Positions 40,515-49,599 of a stretch of DNA of 64,000 nucleotides are shown piece after piece. Within the stretch, counting starts at the first letter, position 1. Each line of letters starts with the position of its first letter. The stretch covers positions 17,408 to 81,407 of the forward strand of contig CALDOJ010000038.1 of assembly GCA_937912225.1 (NCBI GenBank). The letters are read 5' to 3'. Source of the DNA: Candidatus Woesearchaeota archaeon (GTDB lineage: Archaea > Nanobdellota > Nanobdellia > Woesearchaeales > GCA-2686295). The notes beneath the pieces are model-generated. The model was given only the letters and a program-made list of their open reading frames with translations, searched no databases and was not told where the DNA came from. The translations under genes were made by a program, and so were the position numbers.

Positions 40515-40579
40515 AAACCCACCTCCATTCGAAAGATTTATATGTTGCTTTGCTCTTTAAATAATAACGACATATAACC

Positions 40580-40588
40580 TTTATAAAA
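40580..40588 (+). promoter_or_regulatory. TATA-box-like element (TTTATAAAA) about 22-30 nt upstream of the ATG at 40610
   Basis: An archaeal TATA consensus in the divergent intergenic region. A short or leaderless 5' UTR is implied. Confidence 0.3.
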
Positions 40589-40609
40589 TTTTTCATTATA
40601 GACGCGAAA

Positions 40610-41032
40610 ATGACTGATCCACAATTATTTCCAGAACAATCTTCTGTTGCAGAACATGAAAAAAAAGCTTCGAACGAGTCTTCTTTGTATGAAAATATCT
40701 CAACAAATGTAACGACAGTCGGATCAAGGTTAAGAATTCTAGAAGAAAGGTATGTAAACTTAAGAAAGAAAGCTCAAATGACTGACAATAATTTATTAGA
40801 TTTTGAAAAAAATATGAACGGAGAAGTTAAATTAGTTAATCAAGAAGTTTTAGAGCTTAAGAAACAACTTTCTGAAGTACTTGAACGTTTAGGTCAAATG
40901 GCTTCTGAACTTAAGAATGTTGTTAGACAAACTGATTTTAAAACAGTCGAATCATATCTTGATATGTGGCAACCAATGAATTTTGTTACAAGAAATGAAC
41001 TAAAAAAATACCTTGAAGAGAATAAAGGGTAA
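40610..41032 (+). CDS. Hypothetical coiled-coil protein
   Basis: 140 aa with heptad-rich segments. Divergent from the pilus ATPase operon. Confidence 0.4.
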   Translation: MTDPQLFPEQSSVAEHEKKASNESSLYENISTNVTTVGSRLRILEERYVNLRKKAQMTDNNLLDFEKNMNGEVKLVNQEVLELKKQLSEVLERLGQMASELKNVVRQTDFKTVESYLDMWQPMNFVTRNELKKYLEENKG

Positions 41033-41088
41033 AATTTATATAATCTTACGGGTATAAATTTAAAATAAAAACTAAAAAGGGTTAATGA

Positions 41089-41733
41089 ATGGCTTTATTC
41101 GGAAAGAAACAAACAGCGGATTCTAATGATATTCCGGTAGATCAAGTTTCAACTATGAAAGCACAAGGTTATGATAACAATCAAGTGGTTCAAGCCTTAC
41201 AAAGAGATGGTTATACTTCATCTCAAATATTTGAAGCTATGAATAGAGTAGATTTACAACCTTTAGAAACACCTCCTGCTCAACAAGAAATGGCTGCTCC
41301 TCAAGAGGATTATTATCAAGATCAAGGTTTTCCAGAGGCTATGCCTCAACAACAGGACTTTGCTCAACCAAGACCATATCCTGAACAAGCACCACCACAA
41401 GTAGCATCTGTGCAAACAGAAGAGCTTGTAGAAGCGATAATTGATGAGAAATGGAATGAGCTTGTTAAAGATATAAATAAGATTGTTGAATGGAAAAATA
41501 AAACTGAAGCTAAAATTGCGACTATGGAGCAAAAATTTGAAGATTTAAAAGATTCTTTTGATAAATTACATCAAGCAGTTATTGGAAAAGTAGGTGAGTA
41601 TGACCAAAATATTTTATCTGTTGGTGCAGAAGTTAAAGCTATGGAAAAAGTTTTTTCAAAAGTACTCCCTGTATTCACAGAAAATGTTAACGAACTTTCT
41701 AGAGTAACTGATATAATGAGAAAAAAGAAATAA
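41089..41733 (+). CDS. Hypothetical Pro/Gln-rich coiled-coil protein
   Basis: Short N-terminal helical domain (QGYDNNQVVQALQRDGYTSSQIFEAM), a low-complexity P/Q linker, and a C-terminal coiled coil. Confidence 0.4.
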   Translation: MALFGKKQTADSNDIPVDQVSTMKAQGYDNNQVVQALQRDGYTSSQIFEAMNRVDLQPLETPPAQQEMAAPQEDYYQDQGFPEAMPQQQDFAQPRPYPEQAPPQVASVQTEELVEAIIDEKWNELVKDINKIVEWKNKTEAKIATMEQKFEDLKDSFDKLHQAVIGKVGEYDQNILSVGAEVKAMEKVFSKVLPVFTENVNELSRVTDIMRKKK

Positions 41734-41735
41734 TT

Positions 41736-42326
41736 CTAACTTGAAGCTTTTGTTAGGAATATAACCATTATTGTTCCTATTAGCATTATTACTAACATTC
41801 CTAACACTTTTGGATGAAAGATTGTATTAATCATATTAGTTGAGAAATCATTTGTATCTAATGAACCATCACCTGCAGTTGTAGCTTCTTTGATAGTAGT
41901 AGAACCACCATCTTCATCACCGCCATAACCATCATCTAATAATGTTTGACCCATAGTATTAGCTAATCCAAATATTAGGATTATAACTGAGATAACAATT
42001 ATCCATGAATAAACTTGTGGATCTGATACTAGTTTAATAAGATCAAGTTTTCCACCGCCAAACATTCCAAGTATAATTAAAACAAAAAAAACAAAGAAAA
42101 TGGCTACTAAGAACCATGGTGCCATAAAGTTAATCATTAAAACTGCTGCTTCAGACATTACAACTAAAAATCCAATTGCTAAAGCTATTATGGCATAAAT
42201 TCCTTTAGCTTCTTTCCCGAAAGGTTTTGCAAACATCAGTAGTGCGTAGATTACTGAAAATGCCAGTAAAAAAACGAAAACTACTGAAAAGTTTTGCAAG
42301 ATTCCTACATCAAGGAAAGTAGCCAT
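41736..42326 (-). CDS. Membrane protein, member of a tandem three-paralog family (copy 3)
   Basis: 196 aa, about 5 TM. N-terminal pattern LDVGILQNFSVVFVFLLAFSVIYALLMFAKPFG is shared with the two upstream ORFs. Confidence 0.5.
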   Translation of the reverse strand: MATFLDVGILQNFSVVFVFLLAFSVIYALLMFAKPFGKEAKGIYAIIALAIGFLVVMSEAAVLMINFMAPWFLVAIFFVFFVLIILGMFGGGKLDLIKLVSDPQVYSWIIVISVIILIFGLANTMGQTLLDDGYGGDEDGGSTTIKEATTAGDGSLDTNDFSTNMINTIFHPKVLGMLVIMLIGTIMVIFLTKASS

Positions 42327-42333
42327 TTTTTAT

Positions 42334-42942
42334 TTATTTGGATGGAGGTGCTCTTCCTTTTAAGACTTGACCTAAGTCTTTCATGACTCCTCCGAATCCT
42401 TTGTTAGCGCCGTCGCTTTTATCTTCTTTTGTGATGAACCAGATTATAATTCCAAAGACTAATACCATAACAACTAATGCTTGTGTATCAGAATTCATAA
42501 CCCATCTTGGAGCTGATTTACCCCATGCACCACCAGCTGCACCAAAGATATAAACTACTGCAACAATTGAGAATATAACTGCCCATCCTGCAAGATTTGT
42601 TCCTGCAATGTCAACGTTTCCGCCAAAGACACCTATGATTAATAATAACATGATTATTGCAACACCAACTAATGCAATATTTGGTAATGCTGAGTTAATA
42701 ACTTCTACAACATCAAAACCCGTATTGCTATATAATCCGTAATAATCACCTGTTACGTGTGGGATTATTACTGCTAGTGCCATTACTAATGCTATTACAA
42801 CATTGAAATTTTTTCGGCCTTCGCCAAGAATTTTTGTTTTTTGTAATACTGCAAAGATGATTGTAAAAACCAATATAAATGGAATTATAACATCTGAGAT
42901 TCCCCAGTATTCTAAAGTTCTTAAGTAATTTTGTAGAGACAT
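42334..42942 (-). CDS. Membrane protein, tandem paralog family (copy 2)
   Basis: 202 aa. LEYWGISDVIIPFILVFTIIFAVLQKTKILG matches FNELGIYDVVLPFLLVFTMVFAILEKTRVYG of copy 1. Confidence 0.5.
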   Translation of the reverse strand: MSLQNYLRTLEYWGISDVIIPFILVFTIIFAVLQKTKILGEGRKNFNVVIALVMALAVIIPHVTGDYYGLYSNTGFDVVEVINSALPNIALVGVAIIMLLLIIGVFGGNVDIAGTNLAGWAVIFSIVAVVYIFGAAGGAWGKSAPRWVMNSDTQALVVMVLVFGIIIWFITKEDKSDGANKGFGGVMKDLGQVLKGRAPPSK

Positions 42943-42944
42943 TC

Positions 42945-43502
42945 TTAATCTTCCTCCTTAGCTTTTTTCTTTTGTTTAGTTTGATCTGATGTAACATAAA
43001 ACATTAATCCTACAATCACAATAACTAGAATTATGGCTGCAACTGCTCTTGAATCCCAATGTCCTGAAAGATAGTCATATATTTTTTGAAGCCAACCCAT
43101 TGCGTTGAAGAATATTAATACTATTCCTGCAAACATGATAACCATGAAAAAGGAATTCCAACCTTTTGATAAGTAAAATTCTTCGTCTTTGTTAAAAGAA
43201 CCTGCTAACATTAAGAACAATATTGATGCTAAAAGTAGAATTACTACTTGTGATGAGACTTTTAGAATGATTTCAACTAGTTTTGACGATGCTACGACAA
43301 AAAAAGCAATTACAAATGCAGTCATAGAATTGAGATTTTTCTTTGTGTAAGTTTTATCACCGATTTTTTCTACACCATAAACCCTTGTCTTTTCTAGAAT
43401 TGCAAACACCATTGTAAAAACTAATAAGAAAGGTAGCACAACATCATAAATTCCAAGTTCATTAAAGAACTGAATCGTTCCTCTAAAAAGTGATTCGGCC
43501 AT
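42945..43502 (-). CDS. Membrane protein, tandem paralog family (copy 1)
   Basis: 185 aa with the same topology and a conserved N-terminal helix. The three genes are separated by 2-7 nt. Confidence 0.5.
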   Translation of the reverse strand: MAESLFRGTIQFFNELGIYDVVLPFLLVFTMVFAILEKTRVYGVEKIGDKTYTKKNLNSMTAFVIAFFVVASSKLVEIILKVSSQVVILLLASILFLMLAGSFNKDEEFYLSKGWNSFFMVIMFAGIVLIFFNAMGWLQKIYDYLSGHWDSRAVAAIILVIVIVGLMFYVTSDQTKQKKKAKEED

Positions 43503-43748
43503 TACACTTTGAAATATTGAAATAAGACTATATAAATTTTTTGATTTTATTCTCTGAAATTCCTTGTTTTATTTATAAAGAGTTGATTTATATTCAATAA
43601 ACTACTTTAGCTATTAAAGTAATTAATTAATTAGTGATTTGAATCTAAAAAGAATTAACTTTAAAAACATAGACGAATAAACTAAGATTAAAATGCTAAT
43701 TTCGAAAAGTTTTCTTTTTGAAATTTCAAAATTTAAAGGTGAAACATT

Positions 43749-45146
43749 TTGTTAAGAACAAATACGTGCGGAGAATTAAATAAGAAGTTTGCAGGCAAAG
43801 AAGTAACTTTATCTGGTTGGGTAGACTCGATGAGAATCAGTGGAAAAATTGGATTCTTAACAGTTAGAGATCGTTATGGAAAAACTCAATGTTTCTTAGG
43901 AAAAGACATAATTGAAGAATTTGGAGAAATTAGACGAGAATCTGTTGTCCAAATTACTGGTCTTGTAAAAGAAAGACCTGATAATCAGAAAAGAGATGAA
44001 CCAACAGGAGAAATAGAACTTTCTGCAACTAAATTAGCAGTATTATCTGCTGCTGAACCTTTACCTTTAGAATTGGATGATTCTATTCAAACAAGCGAAG
44101 ATAATAGATTAAAATACAGATATTTAGATTTAAGAAGACCAACAATGGTAAATAATCTTACTATGAGGCATAAATTAATCCAGTATATTAGAAATCATAT
44201 GAGTGATAATAAATTTTTAGAAATTACAACTCCTATTTTAACTAAGAGCAGTCCAGAAGGAGCCAGGGACTATTTAGTTCCAGCAAGACTTCATCCTGGA
44301 AAATTCTATGCTTTACCTCAAGCACCACAACAATATAAACAATTATTAATGGTTGGAGGAATTGATAGATATTTTCAAATTGCACCTTGTTTTAGAGATG
44401 AAAATGCAAGAGCAAATAGAGCGCCAGGTGAATTTTATCAGTTTGACGTTGAAATGAGTTTTGTTCATCAAGAAGATATTCTAAATATGATTGAAGAATT
44501 AATGATTAAATTAGTAAAAGACTTATTTCCAGAAAAGAAAATTACAGAAGTACCATTTCCAAGATTAGAGTTTGATGACGTTATGAAAAAGTATGGAACT
44601 GACGCGCCAGATATCAGAAAAAATAAAGATGATCCAAATGAATTAGGATTTTGCTTTGTTGTAAACTTTCCATTATTTGTAAAACAATCTGAAGAAGATT
44701 TTTTTCATGGAGCAGGAAAAGAATGGGGTCCAAGCCATCATATGTTTACAATGCCACGCGTTGAAGATTTAAAATTATTAGATAGTGAGCCTGGAAAAGC
44801 AAGAGCTTACCAACATGACCTTGTTATGAATGGAATGGAAGTTGGTGGTGGAAGTATTAGAATTCATGACCCAAAAATTCAGCAAAAAATCTTTGATTTA
44901 ATTGGTTTTTCAGAAACTCAAGCAGCAGAATTCAAACACATGATAGAAGCGTTCACTTATGGAGTTCCTCCACATGGTGGAATTGCACTTGGAGTTGATA
45001 GATTACTAATGATTCTGATGAATGAACCAAGTATTCGAGAAATCATCGCGTTTCCAAAGAATAAAGATGCAAGGGACGTTACAATGGATGCACCATCAAA
45101 GGTTTCTAAAGAACAGTTGGATGAATTAGGAATTAAGACTAAATAA
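43749..45146 (+). CDS. aspS: Aspartate--tRNA ligase, bacterial-type sequence signatures, short (465 aa)
   Basis: N-terminus RTNTCGEL..VTLSGWV, flipping loop YALPQAPQQYKQLLM, motif 2 FRDE (bacterial form rather than archaeal FRAE), motif 3 GGIALGVDRLLMIL. Confidence 0.75.
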   Translation: MLRTNTCGELNKKFAGKEVTLSGWVDSMRISGKIGFLTVRDRYGKTQCFLGKDIIEEFGEIRRESVVQITGLVKERPDNQKRDEPTGEIELSATKLAVLSAAEPLPLELDDSIQTSEDNRLKYRYLDLRRPTMVNNLTMRHKLIQYIRNHMSDNKFLEITTPILTKSSPEGARDYLVPARLHPGKFYALPQAPQQYKQLLMVGGIDRYFQIAPCFRDENARANRAPGEFYQFDVEMSFVHQEDILNMIEELMIKLVKDLFPEKKITEVPFPRLEFDDVMKKYGTDAPDIRKNKDDPNELGFCFVVNFPLFVKQSEEDFFHGAGKEWGPSHHMFTMPRVEDLKLLDSEPGKARAYQHDLVMNGMEVGGGSIRIHDPKIQQKIFDLIGFSETQAAEFKHMIEAFTYGVPPHGGIALGVDRLLMILMNEPSIREIIAFPKNKDARDVTMDAPSKVSKEQLDELGIKTK

Positions 45147-45158
45147 TTTTTTTTATTT

Positions 45159-45362
45159 TTATAACTTTTTCAATATTTCTTTGTCTTTTTCAATTGCGTC
45201 TTCGATGGCTTGTTGAATGTATTTTTTCATAGTTGTATTTTTTAATACAGCACAGACTTTAGCTAGAGAATGAGTTTTAGTCTTTAATTCTATATTAACA
45301 TCCTTAAGTTTTTCCATCTTAAACAAATAAGAACATTCATTATTTATATACTTTTCTACCAT
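45159..45362 (-). CDS. Small ribbon-helix-helix (CopG/antitoxin-like) DNA-binding protein, tentative
   Basis: 67 aa. The C-terminal half (..SLAKVCAVLKNTTMKKYIQQAIEDAIEKDKE) resembles RHH helix-turn-helix segments. Confidence 0.3.
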   Translation of the reverse strand: MVEKYINNECSYLFKMEKLKDVNIELKTKTHSLAKVCAVLKNTTMKKYIQQAIEDAIEKDKEILKKL

Positions 45363-45444
45363 CTTTATTACTTTTATTATCTTTATTACTTTTATTCAAA
45401 CTTTATGCAAAACTTTAAAAAACTCTTTAATAACTTATTCTTCT

Positions 45445-46737
45445 ATGAAATACACAACAATACAAGAATCTATGGACATAGGAACAGGTGAAGTTTCAAC
45501 AAGAGGTTGGGTCTATAGAGAACGAGGATCTAACAAAATTAAGTTTATCGTTCTCAGAGATAGCACTAATATAATACAATGTGTGCTTAAAAAAGATAAT
45601 TTCGCTAATAACTGGGATGAAATAGATGGTATTCAAATGGAAACTTCAATTGAACTAGAAGGAACTATAAAAAAAGATGATAGAGCTCCAACTGGATATG
45701 AAATTGATGTTAAAGAATACAAGATTGTTGGAAGTTCAGATAGTTTTCCAATTACAAAAGATCAAAGCCCAGAATTCTTACTTGATAACAGACATTTATG
45801 GATTAGAAGTAGAAAAATGGTTTCTATTATGAAAATTCGTTCTGCTTATGGTCAAGCAAGAGAAGAATTTTTCAAAAAAGAAGGTTTTTGGAGATTTGAT
45901 ACTCCAGTTCTTCAACCAAACCAATCAGAAGGTGGATCTACAGTATTTGAAGTTAAATACTATAAAGTAAAAACCTACTTAGCTCAAACTTGGCAATTAT
46001 ATGGTGAAGCTGCAATCTTTGCATTAGAAAAGGTTTACAATACAGGACCAACTTTTAGAGCAGAAAAGAGTAAAACTTCAAGACATCTTTCAGAATTTTG
46101 GATGGTTGAAACAGAAGTCGCATGGTGGAAGTTAAAAGAAATAACTGAATTTGCAAAGAAAGAATTAAAGTACTGTATTTCAAAAGTTGCAGAAGAACTA
46201 CCAGAAGAATTCGAATCGTTAGGAAGAGATCCAAAAGAATTAATTGCAATGTGCAAAAAGGAATGGCCAACAATGAAGTATCGAGAAGTTCTAAAAATCT
46301 TAGAAGAAAAAGACGGAATGAAAGTTAAGTTTGGAAAAGATCTTAGAACTGTTGAAGAAGAAACTATTATGCAACATTTTGATACGCCAGTTGTTGTAAC
46401 ACATTATCCACAAGAAGTTATGGCTTTTTACAAACCAAAAGATCCTGATTATCCTGATGAAGCTCTTTGTTTTGATATGCTTTGTCCGGAAGTTGGAATT
46501 GAAATTGTTGGTGGAAGTGAACGAAGTCTTGACATAAAAGAAATGTCTGAGAATTTAAAACGAGATGGTGAAAATCCTGATGACTATCAATTCTACTTTG
46601 ATTTAAGAAAATATGGATCTGTTCCACATTCAGGATATGGTGTTGGATTAGAAAGAGTTATTCAATGGATTTGTAAACTTGATAACATTAAAGACGCGAT
46701 TGGATTTCCAAGAACTATGCTTAGATGGACCCCATAA
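45445..46737 (+). CDS. asnS: Asparagine--tRNA ligase
   Basis: YLAQTWQLYGEAAIFALEKVYNTGPTFRAEKSKTSRHLSEFWMVETEVAW matches the AsnRS motif-2 region (..SGQLNGE....[32 protein letters not shown]) rather than AspRS SPQLYKQ. The C-terminus is GFPRT. Confidence 0.75.
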   Translation: MKYTTIQESMDIGTGEVSTRGWVYRERGSNKIKFIVLRDSTNIIQCVLKKDNFANNWDEIDGIQMETSIELEGTIKKDDRAPTGYEIDVKEYKIVGSSDSFPITKDQSPEFLLDNRHLWIRSRKMVSIMKIRSAYGQAREEFFKKEGFWRFDTPVLQPNQSEGGSTVFEVKYYKVKTYLAQTWQLYGEAAIFALEKVYNTGPTFRAEKSKTSRHLSEFWMVETEVAWWKLKEITEFAKKELKYCISKVAEELPEEFESLGRDPKELIAMCKKEWPTMKYREVLKILEEKDGMKVKFGKDLRTVEEETIMQHFDTPVVVTHYPQEVMAFYKPKDPDYPDEALCFDMLCPEVGIEIVGGSERSLDIKEMSENLKRDGENPDDYQFYFDLRKYGSVPHSGYGVGLERVIQWICKLDNIKDAIGFPRTMLRWTP

Positions 46738-46853
46738 TTTTTTTATTTAGTTAAGAATTTTTAATTCTGAACTTGCCAGCAATTTATTGCTGAGCATTTT
46801 TCTTTTTATTTCTTCCATAAAGCTTTTTAAAGAGTTGTTTCTTTCTTTAATAC

Positions 46854-47792
46854 ATGGAAATATTCTCTTTAGTCGGAAAAGAAGTCAAACAATTAGCTAG
46901 TTTAAAAGATATTGATAAGACTAAACAGACGTGGATCAGAGTTCTTGATATGAATGAAGATTTGCTTACTGAATTGTCAAGTTTTGCAACTATTCCTTTA
47001 GATGAATTTAAAGAATTTTTTGAATATGAAGAACATTCAAGATTAGAACAGGGTAGATTTCTTGAGTTAGTTTATCAAGCACCTTTTACAGAAAAAGGAG
47101 AAATTACTACTTCTCCAGTTAACATGTTTATTATTAATAATTTGTTTATTACAGTTGAAAAAGAAAAAAATGCTTCTTTAGAAAAAATTTCTTCTTTTTT
47201 AAAAACTAAAAAATTAAAGTTTCTTTTTAAACAATCAATTGGGGAATTTTTATATTATTTTTTAGACAAAATAAATGATCAATTCTTAACTACTATTGAT
47301 AAGATTGCGAATTTAGCTGATATTTTAGAAAGTAGAGAAGGAGATGTTTCAACTCAACAATTAATGAAATTGTATAATTATAATGTTACGTTGACTCATT
47401 TTAATCAAGCTATAATGGCTAATGTAGAAGTTTTAATTGGTTTAAAAAAATCTTATTTTAAAAAATTCACAAAAGATGATTTAGAATTATTTTCAGATTT
47501 ATATTACGACAAACTTCATATTTTAGATACTGAAAAAATTCAAAGAGAAGTTATTTCAAATCTTTTTAATTTTCAAACAGTTGTATCAACTCATAAACTA
47601 AATCATTTCATGAAAAGATTAACTTCTTTAGCTTTAGTAATAATGGTTCCAACTTTTATTACGAGTTTATTTGGTATGAATGTAAAACTGCCTTTTGCAG
47701 GTTCTGAATATGGTTTTTTTATTCTTCTTGGCATAATGATTGTTATTGCATTATTCCTTTTATTAATATTTAAATTAACAGATTGGATATAG
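46854..47792 (+). CDS. corA: CorA-family divalent cation (Mg2+/Co2+) transporter
   Basis: Cytoplasmic N-terminal domain plus two C-terminal TM helices, with the GMN signature (LFGMNVKLPF) at the end of TM1. Confidence 0.7.
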   Translation: MEIFSLVGKEVKQLASLKDIDKTKQTWIRVLDMNEDLLTELSSFATIPLDEFKEFFEYEEHSRLEQGRFLELVYQAPFTEKGEITTSPVNMFIINNLFITVEKEKNASLEKISSFLKTKKLKFLFKQSIGEFLYYFLDKINDQFLTTIDKIANLADILESREGDVSTQQLMKLYNYNVTLTHFNQAIMANVEVLIGLKKSYFKKFTKDDLELFSDLYYDKLHILDTEKIQREVISNLFNFQTVVSTHKLNHFMKRLTSLALVIMVPTFITSLFGMNVKLPFAGSEYGFFILLGIMIVIALFLLLIFKLTDWI

Positions 47793-47802
47793 GTGAATTA
47801 GT

Positions 47803-48399
47803 TTGAATTTTGATGCTGACAAAGAAAAAACTTTGAAACGAATGCTTCTAAATGATAAAAGCGATAAAGGTTCAGTAGATAAACCAATTCAAAAACTAGT
47901 TAATTTAATTAATGCTAAAGAAGATTATTACACTCTTAGTTCTTGTTCTGGAAGAATTGTTTTACTTTATATTCCTGATACTGGTAAAAAGCGAGAAGCG
48001 GAGTTTATTGTTAGAACGCATGATTTAATTAAGAGTTCTAAAGTGAAATCAGTAATTAAGGAATTACTTAATTATGTTAATTACAATAATGATGGAAGTA
48101 TTTGGTTTAAACAAGACCCTCCAATAGTTCATATTGGATCAAGAACTTTAAAGCAAGCTTCAGACCTTTTAAGAAATGCAAGAACAATTGGTTTTAAAAG
48201 AAATGGATTATTCGAAGTAGAAAAAAGATTCTTAATGGAATTAGTATCAACAGAACGAACAGATGCAATAATTGCTCAAGACGGAAAACTATTAGTGCCA
48301 GAAGAATATATTAAAACTTTGATTGAAGTTGGAAATAAGAAACTTGAACAATCATGGACAAAAATTAAAAAATTAGAAGCAGAAATAAAAAAGTTATAA
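47803..48399 (+). CDS. taw3: tRNA wybutosine/wyosine-synthesizing protein 3 (Taw3/TYW3 family methyltransferase)
   Basis: Conserved TLSSCSGRI motif characteristic of TYW3, about 200 aa. Confidence 0.65.
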   Translation: MNFDADKEKTLKRMLLNDKSDKGSVDKPIQKLVNLINAKEDYYTLSSCSGRIVLLYIPDTGKKREAEFIVRTHDLIKSSKVKSVIKELLNYVNYNNDGSIWFKQDPPIVHIGSRTLKQASDLLRNARTIGFKRNGLFEVEKRFLMELVSTERTDAIIAQDGKLLVPEEYIKTLIEVGNKKLEQSWTKIKKLEAEIKKL

Positions 48400-49599
48400 T
48401 TCTAAAAGTTCATCAATCTCTTTTTTCATACGTTCATTAAACTCATAAACTTTTTCACCTTCACCTTTTTCTTGAGCAAAAGACTTCAAAAGTTCTTTGG
48501 CAATTTTTTCTTCATTTTTAGAAAAAGAAGTTTTAATCTGACCAAGATGTTCTTTTAAAATTTCATTTTCAACTTCATCAATAGAATCAGATTTAATCTT
48601 TATTTCTTCAAATTCCTCGCTTGTAAGTTTAGAAGTATTTTTCATAACAAAATAAGCTCCTTTTTCATAAAGTTTTTCAAATAAAGATTTAAAATCAATA
48701 TTAGAAGGTTTACCAGTTTTTAATTTGCCAAACACTCTTAACAAAACAATTTGATCTTTAAAATCAGAAGTTTTGATAATATCAATTAATTCTTCATAAA
48801 CTTCTTCAGGATTTTTATGTTTTGCATTAATTTTAATAGGGAAAACTTTCTTAATAACAATAGGAACGAACTCAACTTTTCCATGATTATAAATATAAAA
48901 ACTACCTTGCTTCAAAAATTCAAGTTCATAAAAGTTAGCCGGAAATAAGGGTCCAGGCAAAGTCACATTTTTGTAACCTTCCAAGTTTTTATGCTCAACA
49001 ATATGAACATGACCGCCTGCATAATAATCAAAACCTTGAGGTAAAAATGAAATAGGAGAAGACTCCATTAATTCTAATGCCTTAGGTTTTAACTCAGTTA
49101 AAGAAGTGTGAAACATGAAAATCTTAAACCCATCTTCAGCTTCAAGATAGTTCTTGTTAAGCTTTTCATAATAAGTTCTTTCAAGCATGCCACGTTTACC
49201 AAGCAAACCAGTAATCTTAGCACCAGTCTTTTCATCAATTGTGAATTTAAGTTTTAATTTTTCATTTTCAACCGTGCCTTTAACAACATTAATCATTAAA
49301 CCAGCTTCTTCTAAAACATCAAGAATAGTCTTACCGGATGGAGAAAAATCATGACTTCCAGGAATGATATAAACAGGAATTTTCAAATCTCTTAATTCTC
49401 TAAGCTTTTTAGTAGTTTCTTTAAGAAAATCAATACCAGGTAAAGAAGTATGAAATAAATCACCAGCAATTAAAACAAAATCAACCTTTTGTTCAATACT
49501 AATATTGATTGCTTTAATGAAAGCTTGCATGGATAAATCTTTTAATTTAGGATCACGCCATGAACCAATATGACAATCAGCAATATGTGCAAATTTCAT
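48394..49599 (-). CDS. mre11: DNA double-strand-break repair nuclease Mre11 (calcineurin-like phosphoesterase)
   Basis: [34 protein letters not shown] phosphoesterase motifs in Mre11 order. Length 401 aa. Confidence 0.7.
   Translation of the reverse strand: MKFAHIADCHIGSWRDPKLKDLSMQAFIKAINISIEQKVDFVLIAGDLFHTSLPGIDFLKETTKKLRELRDLKIPVYIIPGSHDFSPSGKTILDVLEEAGLMINVVKGTVENEKLKLKFTIDEKTGAKITGLLGKRGMLERTYYEKLNKNYLEAEDGFKIFMFHTSLTELKPKALELMESSPISFLPQGFDYYAGGHVHIVEHKNLEGYKNVTLPGPLFPANFYELEFLKQGSFYIYNHGKVEFVPIVIKKVFPIKINAKHKNPEEVYEELIDIIKTSDFKDQIVLLRVFGKLKTGKPSNIDFKSLFEKLYEKGAYFVMKNTSKLTSEEFEEIKIKSDSIDEVENEILKEHLGQIKTSFSKNEEKIAKELLKSFAQEKGEGEKVYEFNERMKKEIDELLEL

Noticed and set aside
46035-46627. Antisense ORFs within asnS (46035..46256, 46055..46273, 46418..46627)
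   Set aside because: They are embedded antisense in a conserved aminoacyl-tRNA synthetase gene.
45445-46737. Possibility that this is a second (archaeal-type) AspRS next to the bacterial-type one
   Set aside because: The motif-2 region and C-terminus match AsnRS (QL.GE...[20 protein letters not shown].A; FPRT), not AspRS (SPQLYKQ).
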